A stretch of 63,792 nucleotides of DNA, counting the filler, from Basidioascus undulatus (Eukaryota), in assembly GCA_000826855.1 (NCBI GenBank). It is 7 parts of 7 records of this genome, joined end to end, with 100 filler letters (N's around TTAATTAATTAA, not from the genome) between each part and the next. Parts side by side here need not be neighbours in the genome. Positions count along the whole stretch, not along the records: positions 9,159 to 18,211 come from JTLS01001307.1; positions 18,312 to 27,352 come from JTLS01001308.1; 5 more parts are not named here. One strand, written 5' to 3'. The notes beneath the pieces are model-generated. The model did no database searches, had not been told where the DNA came from, and was given only the letters and a program-made list of their open reading frames with translations. The translations under genes and the position numbers were made by a program. Positions 11,075-23,301 of this stretch are shown here, piece after piece. Numbering within the stretch: the stretch's first letter is position 1; each line of letters begins with the position of its first letter.

Positions 11075-11365
11075 ATGGGCAAGACGACAGCCGTGTCGAC
11101 GTCGAAGCGTAAGCGCAGCCCGAGCCCGCCCGCCGAGGGTCCGCCAGAGTTTGTGACCCTCCGCCATGCGCTCGACGGCAGCGAATTCAAGTATATCTAC
11201 GATGGTACGCTCGGCGGCGAGAGGGCTTGAGGTACTTGAGGACCTGGAGGACTCACACTGGCGCTGGGGCGGGTCAGAGGACACGATGCTCGAGGACCTG
11301 ACGCGGCGGGTGCGCAAGAAGCTCAAGCTGCCCGCAGGCGCTGGGGTCTGGTTTGAGGAGGAGAG
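11075..11365 (+). CDS. 5' fragment of an unidentified gene that runs into a G/A-rich junction
   Basis: MGKTTAVSTSKRKRSPSPP...FKYIYD, then a GTACGC intron, then EDTMLEDLTRRVRKKLKLP. Coding character is lost at the purine tract near 11360-11410. Confidence 0.5.
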
Positions 11366-11421
11366 GGGGGGGTTGCGGGGGGATGGAGATGGAAGGAGGG
11401 ATGGGGAGAAGAGGGACGGAC

Positions 11422-11795
11422 CGAACCGGCCATAGCCGCTGCTGCCCACACCGCCTTGACATTCCCAACGCTACATGAGCACTGCCTTCCGTAAACAATC
11501 CCACCCACTCGGACTCACCGAACGGCATCGACTGGTTCAGGTAAAACACCCCAAAGTCGTTCACGCTGTCCCCTCCTCCCCCATCAGCCTCAATCCCCTC
11601 CTCCAACATCCCACACCCCATAAAACCGAACCACGCACCTGACCATCCCACACCTTAACTCCCTCACGACCCTCCTGCACTCCTCCCGGTCATTCCCAAA
11701 CACCGCCGCGCCGAGGCCGTAACGCGTGCCGTTGGCGAGGCGGATCGCGTGCTCGGTCGAGGTCGCGTGCATGACGGTCATTATGGGGGCGAATA
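11422..11795 (-). CDS. Internal/C-terminal fragment of an aldehyde dehydrogenase (Msc7-like)
   Basis: Three exons: FAPIMTVMHATSTEHAIRLANGTRYGLGAAVFG...CGM / SVNDFGVFYLNQSMPF / GGVGSSGYGRFG. These are ALDH C-terminal signature motifs. Confidence 0.8.
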
Positions 11796-11843
11796 CTGCG
11801 GGGTGGGGATTGGATGAGGGAGGGGGGGGGAGGGAAGACGAAC

Positions 11844-13049
11844 GAGATCCGGGTGCACCCCGTCCTCGACATTCCCCAATGCGAGGCTGAACTCGGTTGG
11901 GTAGGCGAGGTACGTATCCCACAGCATACGCTTTGCCCTTCATCCCCCCGCCACCCCACCGTCAGCCTCTTCCATCTAGCAGCATGGAGCAGGGAGGGAA
12001 AGCGGCGCACGAGAGGTACGGCACGTCGTAGTACGCCGCGACGGGGAGGTGGAGCCTGTCGTTCCCCGCGTAGCCGACGAAGCGCGCCCAGAGGGGCGAG
12101 AACGTGCCGAGGATGATCACCCCCGGCTGGGAGGGCAGCGTGAGGAGCGTGCGCAGGAGGGTCTCGAAGAATTGGGAGGTCTCGAGGTCGCTGGGGAGAA
12201 GGGGGAGGTAAGCGGGATGGGGAAAGAGTGGCCGGGGGGAAGACAAACTTGGAGAGGTCGTTCACGTCGAACCTGGGTGAAGACGGGGCTTAGCGACACG
12301 CCGTGAGGGAACAAGGGACGCAGCACGCACTCAACCAAGACGATGTCCACATCCTCCGGCAAGTGCGCCTCAGCGCACAGCCCAAAGTATCTGCTGTCGG
12401 TGGCTGTGCGGACCGCAGGTTGAGCGTGCGTGCGGCAGACATGCTGCAAAAAGACACACCTCCAATCGCCGCATTCACGAGCTTGTTCTCCGGATGGGGC
12501 AGCGTTACGTTCAGCCAGCGAAGGAAGCGCTGGGAGTATGTGTTCGGGTTGTAATTCAGTGAGCCGGTGTAACCTTCGGGCTGGCTGAGCTTATAGCCTT
12601 GGGAGACTGCACCCCTTCCAAATTGGTGAGTCTCGCCGAGATCGAGAAGGAAGACGAAGTTGCGACCTACCCGAACCGCCCAGCACCCCAACAGTCAAGC
12701 CCCTCCCCTCGCTGCCAGCCCGCCTCAATACGCTTCGCACGCGCTCGCCCGAGCTCTCCCAGTACCGCCCTCGTCGGAGCGTGTCAGCGCCGTACTTGCT
12801 CAGGAGGGGGTCGCCCTCGGCTGAGCAGAAGGGGAACGCGGGTGGGTCGGACGCGGGGGCGCCCGAGAAGGGATGCGCTGCGGCGGCGGACGCGGTGGAT
12901 AGTGAGGAGGAGGAGGGGGAGGCAGCGAAGGGTGGGAGTGGTACTGGTCGGAGGGAAGGCGAGGTAAGGTGCAGGAGGACGAGCGCGATGAGCGTGACTG
13001 GCAGGGCGCGGATCAGGAAAGCTGACAGCCGAAGGGACTGTACGGCCAT
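11844..13049 (-). CDS. CAP64-like SGNH/GDSL hydrolase-domain membrane protein, C-terminally truncated
   Basis: N-terminal TM anchor, then VGVLGGS/VSQG, LVNAAIGG/TDSRYFGLCAEAHLPEDVDIVLVE/FDVND, FETLLRTLLTLPSQPGVI, YYDVPYLS and catalytic-type DGVHP. Confidence 0.8.
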
Positions 13050-14019
13050 CGCGAGCGGGTTTGACGAGCTCGCTGCAGCGCTCTGCAACGTTGCTTAAGC
13101 TCGTATACTGGGATGTGGACGGTGAGAGCGCAAGAGGGTGAACGGAAAAGACAAGAGCAGGCGCGTGTGCAGGTGCCGCGACTGGCAGCCACTGTGGCGC
13201 GTCAGCACGGGCCCGGCTCGTCCATTCCATCGACATACGTCGCTCTTGTATTGTTTTCTTATCGGTTTCGTAGTGCAGACAGATATACAGGCCCAATGGC
13301 ATACTTCAATATTCTCGTCAGCGTGCAAGACACTGCCAAGAAGACGATCGTCGAGAATACCAACTGCCCACGTGCGTGTAGGTGTTCTAGTGTTGCCAAA
13401 CAAGGATGGCAGGATCCCCGTGCAGTGAGCAGTCATATGCACTTGACTAAATAAAATATGTTAACAGGGTACATTAAAGCCTTCTGGGTATCATGCAAGT
13501 CAAAATTCGACAGGAGATGTCATACATGTTTGCCGGAGCGCTCCCGCCGCCTTGAAAGCCACTGCGATGGTTATGGCACTCTTGCGCAGGCGACGTTATA
13601 CGTGTGACGCTCCCCATATAGAAATTCTGGTGAGCAGCTTCCAAAGATCGTCCAAGCTGTGTACGCGGCATGGGGAAGTTGTAGAGAAAGTAGTAGGATC
13701 GCGGTTGCGAGAGGCCGCGCACGCAGCGACAACCGATCCAATGACAACGGTTCCCAAGGTTAGTATCTTTGTTGGCTTACTGTATTTGTCCTTGGGCTTG
13801 AAACTTCGGTGGGGATCGTGCTCCCGCTTCATCAGGGCCGGCTCATGAGTCTACCTTGATGTAAGGATATTTGGTGCTCTCAGTCCAAGGCGGCGGCCTA
13901 ACACTTGATCGGTGCGCGCTCCAAGTCTTCCCTAGTTCTTTTCAAACTCCCACCATCACTACGTACCTCACCACTCATCCATACCTAACATTTCGATCGT
14001 ATCTTCGTTCAAACGAATC

Positions 14020-15040
14020 ATGCCACTTCTGTCGCTTCCCCTCGAGCTGCTCCACATGATCGTCGAAGAGTTCGCGCACTCGTACCAAGACGCCGAGCCG
14101 GACACCCCCGTCCTCTGCATCGATCAGCGCAACATGCCCTACCTCCTCTCCCTGAGCATCATCTCATACTCATTCGAGCGCTCCCTCAATACCCTGCTCT
14201 TCGAAGAGGTCCTGCTCTACACCGAAGCCTCCACCGAAGCATACCTCGCCTCTCAGCGGCAGACATCGCATTCCACGCAGTGCCTTCACACTGAAGCACG
14301 GCGCGCTGCGCATCAGCGATCTCGCTCAGGCGTGCACAACCTCGAGTTTCTCGAGCTCTGGTTCGACGACGACACGCCGCTCCTCGACTTCGGCGTGGCA
14401 CGTCGAGTCCGCCCTGGGCAAGATGGACCTCATCCAGTTCGAGCTGCACGCGCCGCTGGAGTGGGAGAACGAACGCGCACTTCAACGGCCCTGTCCTTCG
14501 CTGGCGGGACCTCGGGTACATCACGTTCGGGGCGCCCGTGTGGCAGGCGCTGCTCGACCACCTGTGCACACTCCCCTTCGCGACCGTCGACGTCTCGTCT
14601 TGTCTTTCTGCGTGGGAGGTCGACGCCGTGCTCCGCATCGCACTTAACCCCCCAATCGAGAAGCTCACGCTCACCGGCCTGATTGCGCCTGTCGAACTCG
14701 CGCTGAACGCCAGCTTGTGCACGACGTCACGGTCGTGGATAATGCTGGTTGAGGACTCGGGAAAAATACTTCTGAATCAAATGTTGACGGGCAGGGCGAT
14801 AGCAACGTGCTTGACGTTGGAATGAAAGGGTTACTGCAGTTTACCGTCGCCGGTTCTCTGGTTCTCCTTCTACCCGTTCCTCCTCGCCTTCCTGTCACCG
14901 AAGATGGCCTGCAAGCCGTCGAGCAATGCACCTTCTTCATGCGCTGGCTAGGGGGCACCAACAAGGAGCTGGTACAGTGGGCGGAACATCATTCGTCTGT
15001 CCACACTGCGTTCAGGCAGACATTAAGGACTGCAGGTTGA
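14020..15040 (+). pseudogene. F-box-like protein, apparently frameshifted
   Basis: Starts MPLLSLPLELLHMIVEE...LLSLSIISYSFERSLNTLLFEEVLL. Downstream coding-like segments switch among three frames with no obvious introns. Confidence 0.55.
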
Positions 15041-15400
15041 GTTGCCAGTACCGGTAGTGCTCGGTGCTTGCCAAAATTTACAAGAAGGTCAGAAACAAAA
15101 GCTCAAACCGAGAAGTCAGCTGGCTTGTGTTCGGTCTTTTACGGGCGTAACCGCCAACGTTGCCAACCTTTCGAAACGAGAGTCGGATTATCCAGCGTTC
15201 TCGGCATCTGGTTCCCTCTCACACACGAGCGCAAACCGCAAGGTAATGAAACGAATGAGTTTATGTACCCCACGTAACAGCGAAACCCGACCCCGAGAAA
15301 ACGAAACGCGAAACAAACAAGCAGCCCAGCCCTCAGAACAGACCCGATCTCACTCGACAAGGCTCCTGGGGGCGAAGCGGCGGATCTTAATACCTGGGCG

Positions 15401-16578
15401 TTAAACAGCCTTCGGCTCGGGCGTCTGTGTGCAGTGCAGCGCCGCGTCGGTGCGGTGGTACGCATGCGCCTCGGCTTTCTCCATGCAGCCACCCAGCCAT
15501 CCCGATCAACGATGTTCGCCGTGCAAAAGGAAGGAGCGACTCACGCGAGTCCATAACCCTCACACACGTCGTGTGGAACCCCGCACGGTGCGGATACCCG
15601 CGCTGGTCGGGCGGGCCCACGCGCCGGTGGTCGGCAAGGACGTGCGCGTGCACGTCTTGTCCCGGCGCCAGGTGTAGGCGAAGCAGGCTGGGGGCCGGGA
15701 CCAATGAGCGGAGGGGAAGGGGCGGGGGATATTGGGGGTGTACGCGGGACAGGGCGAGGGGAACGCACTCTTGTCTTCTCCGTAGCACTTGGTCTGGCGT
15801 CGACGGGACTTAGGTTCGAGAGCACCATGCACCCTGCGGGCTGGTTACCGTTGCCCTCACAGGCGGTTGCGTTCCAGGCGTCGGCTTAGGAGTTGGTACA
15901 CTAGACCATCAGAGGGCGTTCGGACGGGAGGGAAGACAGGGCAGGACAGGGTGCACCTGCGCGAGGGTCCACGAGAGGTACGTGGCGAAGTCGACAATGT
16001 TGTGGCAGGTCGGGTCGGGGAAGCTGCGCGCACGCCATGCCGTGAGTCCGGAGGTTCAGCAGAGGGGAGAAGGGGGGAGCAGTGGTGAGACGCACTTGTT
16101 TCAGGTCTTGCCCTTGACCAGCGACAGTACCCGCTCGTCGCGACCCTCGCGGTGTCCCCAGCGTTCAAGTCGCACTTGTAGCAGTTGACGCCGCCCGACG
16201 CGGGGTTGGAGATCGCGAGGACGCCAGGGCATTCTAATATTCCACACGCATGAGCACCAGCGAGGGGGGAAGGGGTGAGAAGACAGGGGAGGAAGGGAAG
16301 CGAAGAGACGATTGCTGCCCTCCACGTCACAGACCGCAGCGCACGCGTCCACGGTGGCGAGAGAGAGGTACTGACACGCGGAGTACTTGCCGGGGGTGGC
16401 CGCGTTGCAGTTGTCGTACTTCTCCCAGCTGGGCGTCTGGGTCCCAGCCCCCAGCATGAGTAAAGGTTACGAAGAGCAGAGATAGAGGGGGCGAACCGCG
16501 GCTGTCCTCTGCAGCGCTTACGGCTTGAAAGCCGGCGCTGGCGGGGACGAGGAGGGCGGCGACAGCGAGGCGGCGCGT
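15401..16578 (-). pseudogene. Secreted Cys-rich (PAN/apple-like) protein, decayed
   Basis: TATAAGAA near 16688. Signal peptide (T)RRLAVAALLVPASAGFQA starts on ACG. Exons WEKYDNCNAA...TVDACAAVCD, CPGVLAI...NCYKC, CFAYTWRRDKTC. Candidate in-frame stops at 16101-16103 and 15886-15888. Confidence 0.6.
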
Positions 16579-17593
16579 GACAGACGCGGGGGGATCGAGG
16601 GTGTGGGGTAAGAGGGAGTGAAAAAGAAGGTCGCGTGGTCGAAGCTTGGAGAGGAAGACGACTCTCAGCCGCCGAGGGGTTTCTTATAGCTCGTGCATTG
16701 AGCGCAGGTGAGCAGGCGCCGGTCCATATCGCAACGCGCTGCCGCACTGCCGGAGGACCTGGTGCTCTGCCAAGCGAATTGATGGGTCTGGAGCAGGTAC
16801 TTCTAGGGTAGTGCACGCGGAGGGCAGAGTCAGAAGGCCAGTTCGAAGAGGGAGGACAGCCGTGCGCAGGGGCAGACTGAACGAGCGAGGAAGAGGGCCG
16901 AGGGTTCGACGTTCGATCTGCCTGGGCTGCGGGAGGATGCGATCGGGACTGGCTCTGGAAGAGAGCGGAATACGATGTAGATGAGCTAGTAGTCCATTCA
17001 AAGTGAGGTTGCAGGCGAGCGAAGAACCGAGTGAATCTGGCAACGAGGTGTATGTAACTGGTCAAGAGGGCGGACCGCCTTGGTGGCACGGCCAGGTTGA
17101 ATCCCAACGTCGCACACCGTCACACAGCGACCCTCATCTCGCTTGACTAACCCGCTTACCTACATCGCTACTTGTTACTGCTTACAAAAATACTGACCAT
17201 TTTGGGCCGTCACATCCATCATTCACTTCCCATGCGACTTTCGAGTGAGCAAGCTCTTGAGGGATGCGACGGATCTCTCGCTGTCGATCTGACTGACCTC
17301 CTGACCTCGATCGAGACTGGGTTCGACGGCTTCCTCCTGTTCGGTTTTCGGTCCCCATGGAGTCGGTTCGGTTCGTTGAGGGGACGAGGCCGAGCACCGA
17401 GCGTTCCTGCACTCCCGATCGAGGTCGCTCAGGGCCAAGGGATTGCTTACCTAGTCCGAGTCGATTATCCGCTCCTGCGTCCCCCTGAAGCGCTCTTTCA
17501 CATGCTCTTTTGCAATTTCTTCACATTATCCTGTCGCCGCCGCCCTCCCACCTCCCTTTACTCTGACCACCGCACTCGCGCTCCGAACGCATC

Positions 17594-18117
17594 ATGCGCC
17601 CCCCGCTCCCCCTCCCACTCCCCTTCCTCGTGTTCCCCCTCTTCCCCCTCACATCCGCGCAGGACTTTGCGGGCTTCTCAAACTACAACATCGCCTACGG
17701 CGTGCGTCTCATCCCATTGCAAACCCCCTCTCTCGGCGGCTCACCTCTTACCCTTCTGCGCAGTCCAAAGCCCTCGGCTCCGCCAACTGGCCCCTAGCCA
17801 TCTGCAACGACGCCATGCACGGCTAGCTCAAGTACCAAGGCGGCTACGGGGCGCTCCTCGCCGACGAGGAGGGGGAGTGGCAGACGATGTGCCCCTCGCA
17901 GGAGGAAGTGCTTCGGCGCGCCGTCCCCCTCTCTCCTCTTTGCCCGCACGCTGATGGAGGTTGGATTGGGACGGACGCAGATTGCATGGCCTACGTTGCG
18001 CGCTGCATCAGCCGGTCGGGCCCGAATAGTCAGGGCAAGTCGTTCCCCGCCCATTCGGCCTCGCCGCGCCGGGCGATTATGCCTGGTCGGCCGATACGTC
18101 GGTCACAATCGGCGTGA
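17594..18117 (+). pseudogene. Secreted Cys-containing protein, decayed, divergent from the 15401-16578 gene; 3' end approximate
   Basis: Signal-like MRPPLPLPLPFLVFPLFPLTSAQ and GTGCGT introns. Segment ICNDAMHG*LKYQGGYGALL has TAG at 17824-17826. Later exon DCMAYVARC. Confidence 0.5.
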
Positions 18118-18211
18118 AATCCACCGATACGCAGAAGAGCTGTGACGAGTGCGTTGTCTTCACCTCCTCCCGCACTCGGGCGCTCGCTCACGCCCCCGTT
18201 TCCCCCCCCCC

Positions 18212-18311
18212 NNNNNNNNNNNNNNNNNNNNNNNNNNNNNNNNNNNNNNNNNNNNTTAATTAATTAANNNNNNNNNNNNNNNNNNNNNNNNNNNNNNNNN
18301 NNNNNNNNNNN
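18212..18311. other. Artificial contig linker
   Basis: N44-TTAATTAATTAA-N44. Confidence 0.97.
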
Positions 18312-18530
18312 CGTCTCGCCAGGCTCGGTCTCGTCCTGCGGCGCGCCCTGTTGCGGCGGAGGGAGGGAGTGCGCTTGGGCGTCGGTCGAGCGGTGGCGTA
18401 GGCGGAGGGAGAAGACCAGCGCTGGGGCGCGGGCGGCAGGGAGGGTAGGGAGGAACGGCCTGGCTGCGGCGGTGCGGGGGACGGTGCGGAGCACGGTACG
18501 TGTTGCTGTGGTTCGGAAAATGGGCAACAT
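18312..18530 (-). CDS. N-terminus of a mitochondrial protein (presequence), cut by the contig end
   Basis: MLPIFRTTATRTVLRTVPRTAAARPFLPTLPAARAPALVFSLRLRHRST is Arg/Thr/Ala-rich with no acidic residues. Confidence 0.65.
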
Positions 18531-19969
18531 GGCGACGGATGTGGTGAAGGCAATAAGGAAGAAGTTGGCGAGTTGATGACCGAAGATGGGCAGCTTGTGT
18601 GGGAAAGCTTGACTAACTTGCGGCCGGAATGCTTGAGGACCTTCCCTTGCTTTCTTAGGTGGTGATGTCCGAGCGTGTTAGCTGAAATATTGAAAGACAA
18701 CGTATGGAACTGTACAGAGGTATCGTGAGGGAGTCGTCGTGAGTGGCTGGTATAGACGCAGCGGCTCGTTGCAAGCCTTGCGGCGACAGCACTTCTGTCA
18801 CTCGCCCGGCCTGTCTTTTGACCAGCAGGCATAGGCAATGTATTCGTAATTTAAGGCGACCGAAATGAGTCTGATAGAAGGGTTCGTACGTGTATAGCAT
18901 TTATCGGACCATGAAAGACTCAATGGGACAATGCCAGAGTTCGTTGTGCTACGTTTCTTGGTCTCCACACGTCGGCTGATCCTGCAATATCAAACGCAAG
19001 ATTTGTATGGGTCCTTAGAGACACTACAGAAGAAAATTTTCACTTCATTTCTGTTTCCTTACTTATCAGCCTCAACTCTTGCCCTGGCGCTTGGCCATCG
19101 AAACAGCTCAGAGAGCAAGCATGATTACCGAACTCGTCTTCCCATCCAGCCTGGGCTGCTGTAGGTATACGTACCACGGGAATTTTCTCACTTTGTCAGT
19201 TACGCAGGTTAAACTGATACTGTGCTCAGTGATGCAGGGTCGGAAAGGGCGTGTTGAAAGACATGTCGCTGACTCCTCGGCTTCTCGGACGTTTCGCAGT
19301 GCTTCTCCAATTATGAGTGCGCCTCAAAAAGCCTTAATAGTGCTATAGTGCTATCACTGAGCAAGTTAAAGTGCGGCTGTGATGGTTATTCAATCAGGCA
19401 CAGGAGCATCCCATGGCACAGCTTGAAGGCGACCCCACCCAACTTGCCTCCGCCATTCAGTAACACGGAAGCAGCGCTGGCTCTCCTGAATGCTGTAGTG
19501 CACACCAAAAAACTGCCCAGATATGTCAAGACCTGCCCAAAAACCTCATGGGATTTTCGCTTTCATATCCTGCAAGGTACTGACGGACCGACGTCTACGC
19601 AGACCGTGACAGGCGAGCCAGTCGGCGATGGCAACCGCATTCCCGAGCGACAGCCAGCCGTGTTTCGGTCCGACTGACGGCTCCTCATTGGGACTGACGA
19701 TACTTTCCTTAAATGCCGTCACCAGGGCAGTCTGCAATGAGCTGCCGCCTGGTATGCACCGTCACATGCGTGTCCCATGCCTCGGTTTCGACTTTACTGC
19801 CGCTTCGCGGGTGCGGTCGAAGTACAAAAGACAAAGACAGCTACCCTTCCTCTGGGCGGCCCGCTTGCTCTTCCCCCCTTCGCCACTGCCTACTCTCCTT
19901 GTTCAACATCACCGCTTATCGCCCACACCGCTCGCTCATCTGCCTCGGACACAGTCGATCTTACCCAGA

Positions 19970-20967
19970 ATGCCCGTTCCCTTCCCGCTTCTGCGGCTCG
20001 GTGTTTACGGTGAGCATTCGTCGTTCGACTGTGCAGTGAGAGAACCGGCCTCTGACCGGCGATGAGGCGGTCCCGCCTACTCAGGCCTGCTCGCAGTCTT
20101 CTCCCTGATTGTGCTGGGGATTGCGGGGCACATCACGTCCCTCACCTCCCCCTACTACTGTGAGGCACCGCTCGATGTCTCCCCACTCCCCGTCCTACAA
20201 ACTCCCGGTTAACACTCCTCGCGCGTCGAAACAGACCACAGTATCGCCTTCCTAATCTTCGTCTCTGTTTTTACCCTGGTCGTCATCGGCGTCTTGTGAG
20301 GCTTCGCCGATGCTCTCCAGGCTGACCGCCACTGAAAGCCCCTTGCCTTGGCCTACCCATCGCAGCGTGACCATCGACATCCTCCGCCGGGGCGCGCTGA
20401 CCAGCCGCGTCTGGGTCGAAATTATCTGGACAGGACTTCTCTGGGTCTTCTGGTTGAGTACGCCCGATCCGATTGGGAATGTCGATGGGAGGAGGACGCT
20501 CACCCCAACCCTGCCCATTTCACAGGCGGCGCAGCGGCCGTTAGCGCCCTCTTCCCCTATACCTCATGCTCCTCCGTGATCGTCATCGATGGGGTCCGGT
20601 ACCGCAGCAGCGCGGGCGAGAGCCTCTGTATGGAGGCGCAGGCGGGCAAGGCGTTCGCCTGGCTCGCCTGGATCCTTCGTGCGTTTGATCGTTTCTCTCT
20701 TTGCATCACACCAACCCACCATACGCCGGGTTCTCCCTCCCCTGACATCTTCCAAATCTCACAGTGTCTTTCATCTTCCCCTTCCTCCTCATCACCGCCT
20801 GCGTCCACGCGCTCGGCCACGGCCACACCCAAGTCTGGCAGGCGCAGACGTCTGAGTACCCCTGGTTCTCACGGCCGTCAGGCACTGCCACGGGGAAGCA
20901 TGCCACCGAGATGTCCCAACCCGGGACGGCGACGTCCGCATTCCGCCCACCTGCCGCGGAGGTATGA
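19970..20967 (+). CDS. MARVEL-domain four-TM membrane protein
   Basis: Six exons: LRLGVY/GLLAVFSLIVLGIAGH, IAFLIFVSVFTL, WVEIIWTGLLWVFWL/GGAA, CMEAQAGKAFAWLAWIL. Confidence 0.85.
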
Positions 20968-22030
20968 GGGGAAAGGGCATTTGGAGGAGGAGGTGTGGCC
21001 GAGGAGTTTCTGGTATTCCGCGCGATGATTCGCGAGTACTCTATGGTTCCTGTAATCTGGTTATATCAAACTTAAGCTTATGGCTGTACGGGTGGAAGTG
21101 GAAGTTTGGGCAGCTTTCGACCGCAGCTCAATGAACTGTGGCCTTGCTGGTGTCCTCAGGCTAGTGGTGGGCGGACTGACGTTTGACTCATGGCGGGATC
21201 AGATTATTTTATCAGAGGGTCCACTTTCACTCGTCTTTTGGTCGCAGAGATGCGTGTTTTCTGAGAGCTTAGAAGTCGTCAGACGCCGTAACGGTGGTTC
21301 AAAGATGACCTTTGCCTATCTCCGGTGTTCATCAGCCACACATCAATCGGGCTACTCAACTAGATTGATGCGAACATCAACATAATAAATATCGATATGG
21401 ATCTCATCGAGCTCACAACGTAAACGTGGGCATAACGTTCCCTGCTTAGTATGATCCACAGTCTCGCCTGCCGTGCGCCGCGACTGCAATGATGACGCGG
21501 ACGCTCCACACAGAGATTATGCAACAACTTCATATATGAGTGGTGTGTCCAGTATGTGTACAACAACAACGAGGAGGATGCGATTCCAAAGACGTGAAGG
21601 CGTTTGAGTGGGGATGCTGGTATCTATGCTGGCGTAGGTCATCAAATCATGCGAAGGTGCCGGTCTGGGGCAGCACGTCAGGGACTTGGAGAGACGAATA
21701 ATTAGACTGGATGAAGTCTAATCCGCAGAGCGGTGCGTACGAAGAGGCTGCAGCTGATGTTGACGGTCTTTTTCAACAATTGGTAGCACGAGCCGTGAAA
21801 GAGCAGCTACGCACCGGCTTGTTCGCATCCGCATAGACTCTATTAAACACAGCTCCGACCCCTATTCCAAAATTGAGCACGAAATGACCTCCTTCAGAGA
21901 GTATTTGTTCCTCACCTTCAAAGATGGAACACGGTTCCGCCCTCCAGAGAACCGCTCAGCGCCGCCTTCGGACCACCTGTTCGCATACCCCCGGGCTTCC
22001 AGATCAAACTCCTCCCCCGAATTTCCAACT

Positions 22031-22370
22031 TTACCTCATGCACCTCTCACCCTCAAGCACCCCGCCAACAGGCGCCCGAAACAACCGCGTTCCACGCGTC
22101 CTCCCTCCCTCGCACGCCCTTGAAGGCGCACTCGAACCTGCCGAACAGCCCCATCCAGACCCAAAGTTCCCGCCCACTACAGGAGCACAGGATTTAACCT
22201 CCCCGAAGGAGACGGTCCAGCGGTCGCCAGAGGGAGAGCTCCGGAACCCCTTGAGGCCGTGCCAGATCGTGCCCCCCACTACACCCATCGCGAACCCCCG
22301 CCGGCGTCGGAGAGGATCCTGTACGGGCACGGAGGGCGCGTGTGGTCGGTGCGGCTGGCCTAGGATCCAT
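22031..22370 (-). pseudogene. TIM17: Intronless, frameshifted TIM17 copy
   Basis: [18 protein letters not shown] / [25 protein letters not shown]...APVVGGNFG / [29 protein letters not shown] lie in shifting frames and follow the Tim17 consensus. Confidence 0.8.
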
Positions 22371-23301
22371 TGGCGGTGAGCAGGGGGGCTAGAAAAATTA
22401 GGATGAGGATGTCGGCGAACCGTCCTAAGGAGTGGCGGTAACTGAAGGCTGGGCGGGCGCGCGGCAGGGTGAGACCGCAGCGTACTCTTGTCTGATTTTT
22501 CCGGGTACTTTGCAGCATCGAGAAAGTGTGTATCGAAGTGGTCTGTCGCAGTCGAGTAAGATGCGCTCCAGCACGACAACAGCTAAAAGAGAACAATCCC
22601 GAGCCCGAGAGTCTGATATCAGGCAGTTCCGTTCGAAAGGTTTGCGGCTCCGTCGTCCACAACATTGGGGACACCAAGGACATCAGGCATTATTTGAACT
22701 GCCGCACAAAGAGGATACAAGTGAAACTGCAGGCGGCCATGCTCACAGCCGGTCACAGTCAGGCTTAATTGGCACTCTAGATTAACTAGTAATGACAACG
22801 ACGAGGGGCACCTCAGCAGAGTGTTCCTCAAATCTTTAGAACACTTTCTCTTCATTCATTCGCTCTCTAGGTGTCAATACTGCGCTGAGTGCGACTGCAG
22901 CGTGTCCGCCTAAAAGTTGAAAGCTAAACTGCAGTGGTAAACCACAGCCCCAGCAGAAGCCAAATTCAGCGAGTAGTCAGTCTCTACCCTTATCGACAGC
23001 CTTCTGGTCTGGAAGAGCAATGGGCGGTGAAAGTCACCCTGCTGGAATGACCAGACTTGCAGCTATGAGTTGATTCGTCACAGCGGAGAGGATTGGTCGG
23101 AGACCCAGGAAGGTGAATTTTCAGTTGAATTTCGCTGGGACCATGTCCCAGTAGCTCCGCTGCTGCCCGCCGGCGAGTAAAAAAAAAAAAAACACCATTG
23201 CTTCTTCCTCAAGTGCCTACCGCCCAATCGCACGGCACAACCACACTCCTTCCACCTAAAACAGATGCATTACCCGCCACCCTCCCAACCCCCTCCAAGC
23301 A

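Noticed and set aside
11422..13049. Novel SGNH hydrolase-ALDH fusion protein
   Set aside because: The splice phases are incompatible and the ALDH part lacks its catalytic N-terminal region.
16576..16578. Functional non-AUG (ACG) initiation
   Set aside because: Downstream stops and frameshifts make a mutated ATG in a pseudogene the simpler explanation.
15857..17107. 416-aa minus-strand ORF and many other long Arg/Pro/Ser-rich ORFs in the track
   Set aside because: Off-frame or antisense shadows of GC-rich genes with no recognisable domain.
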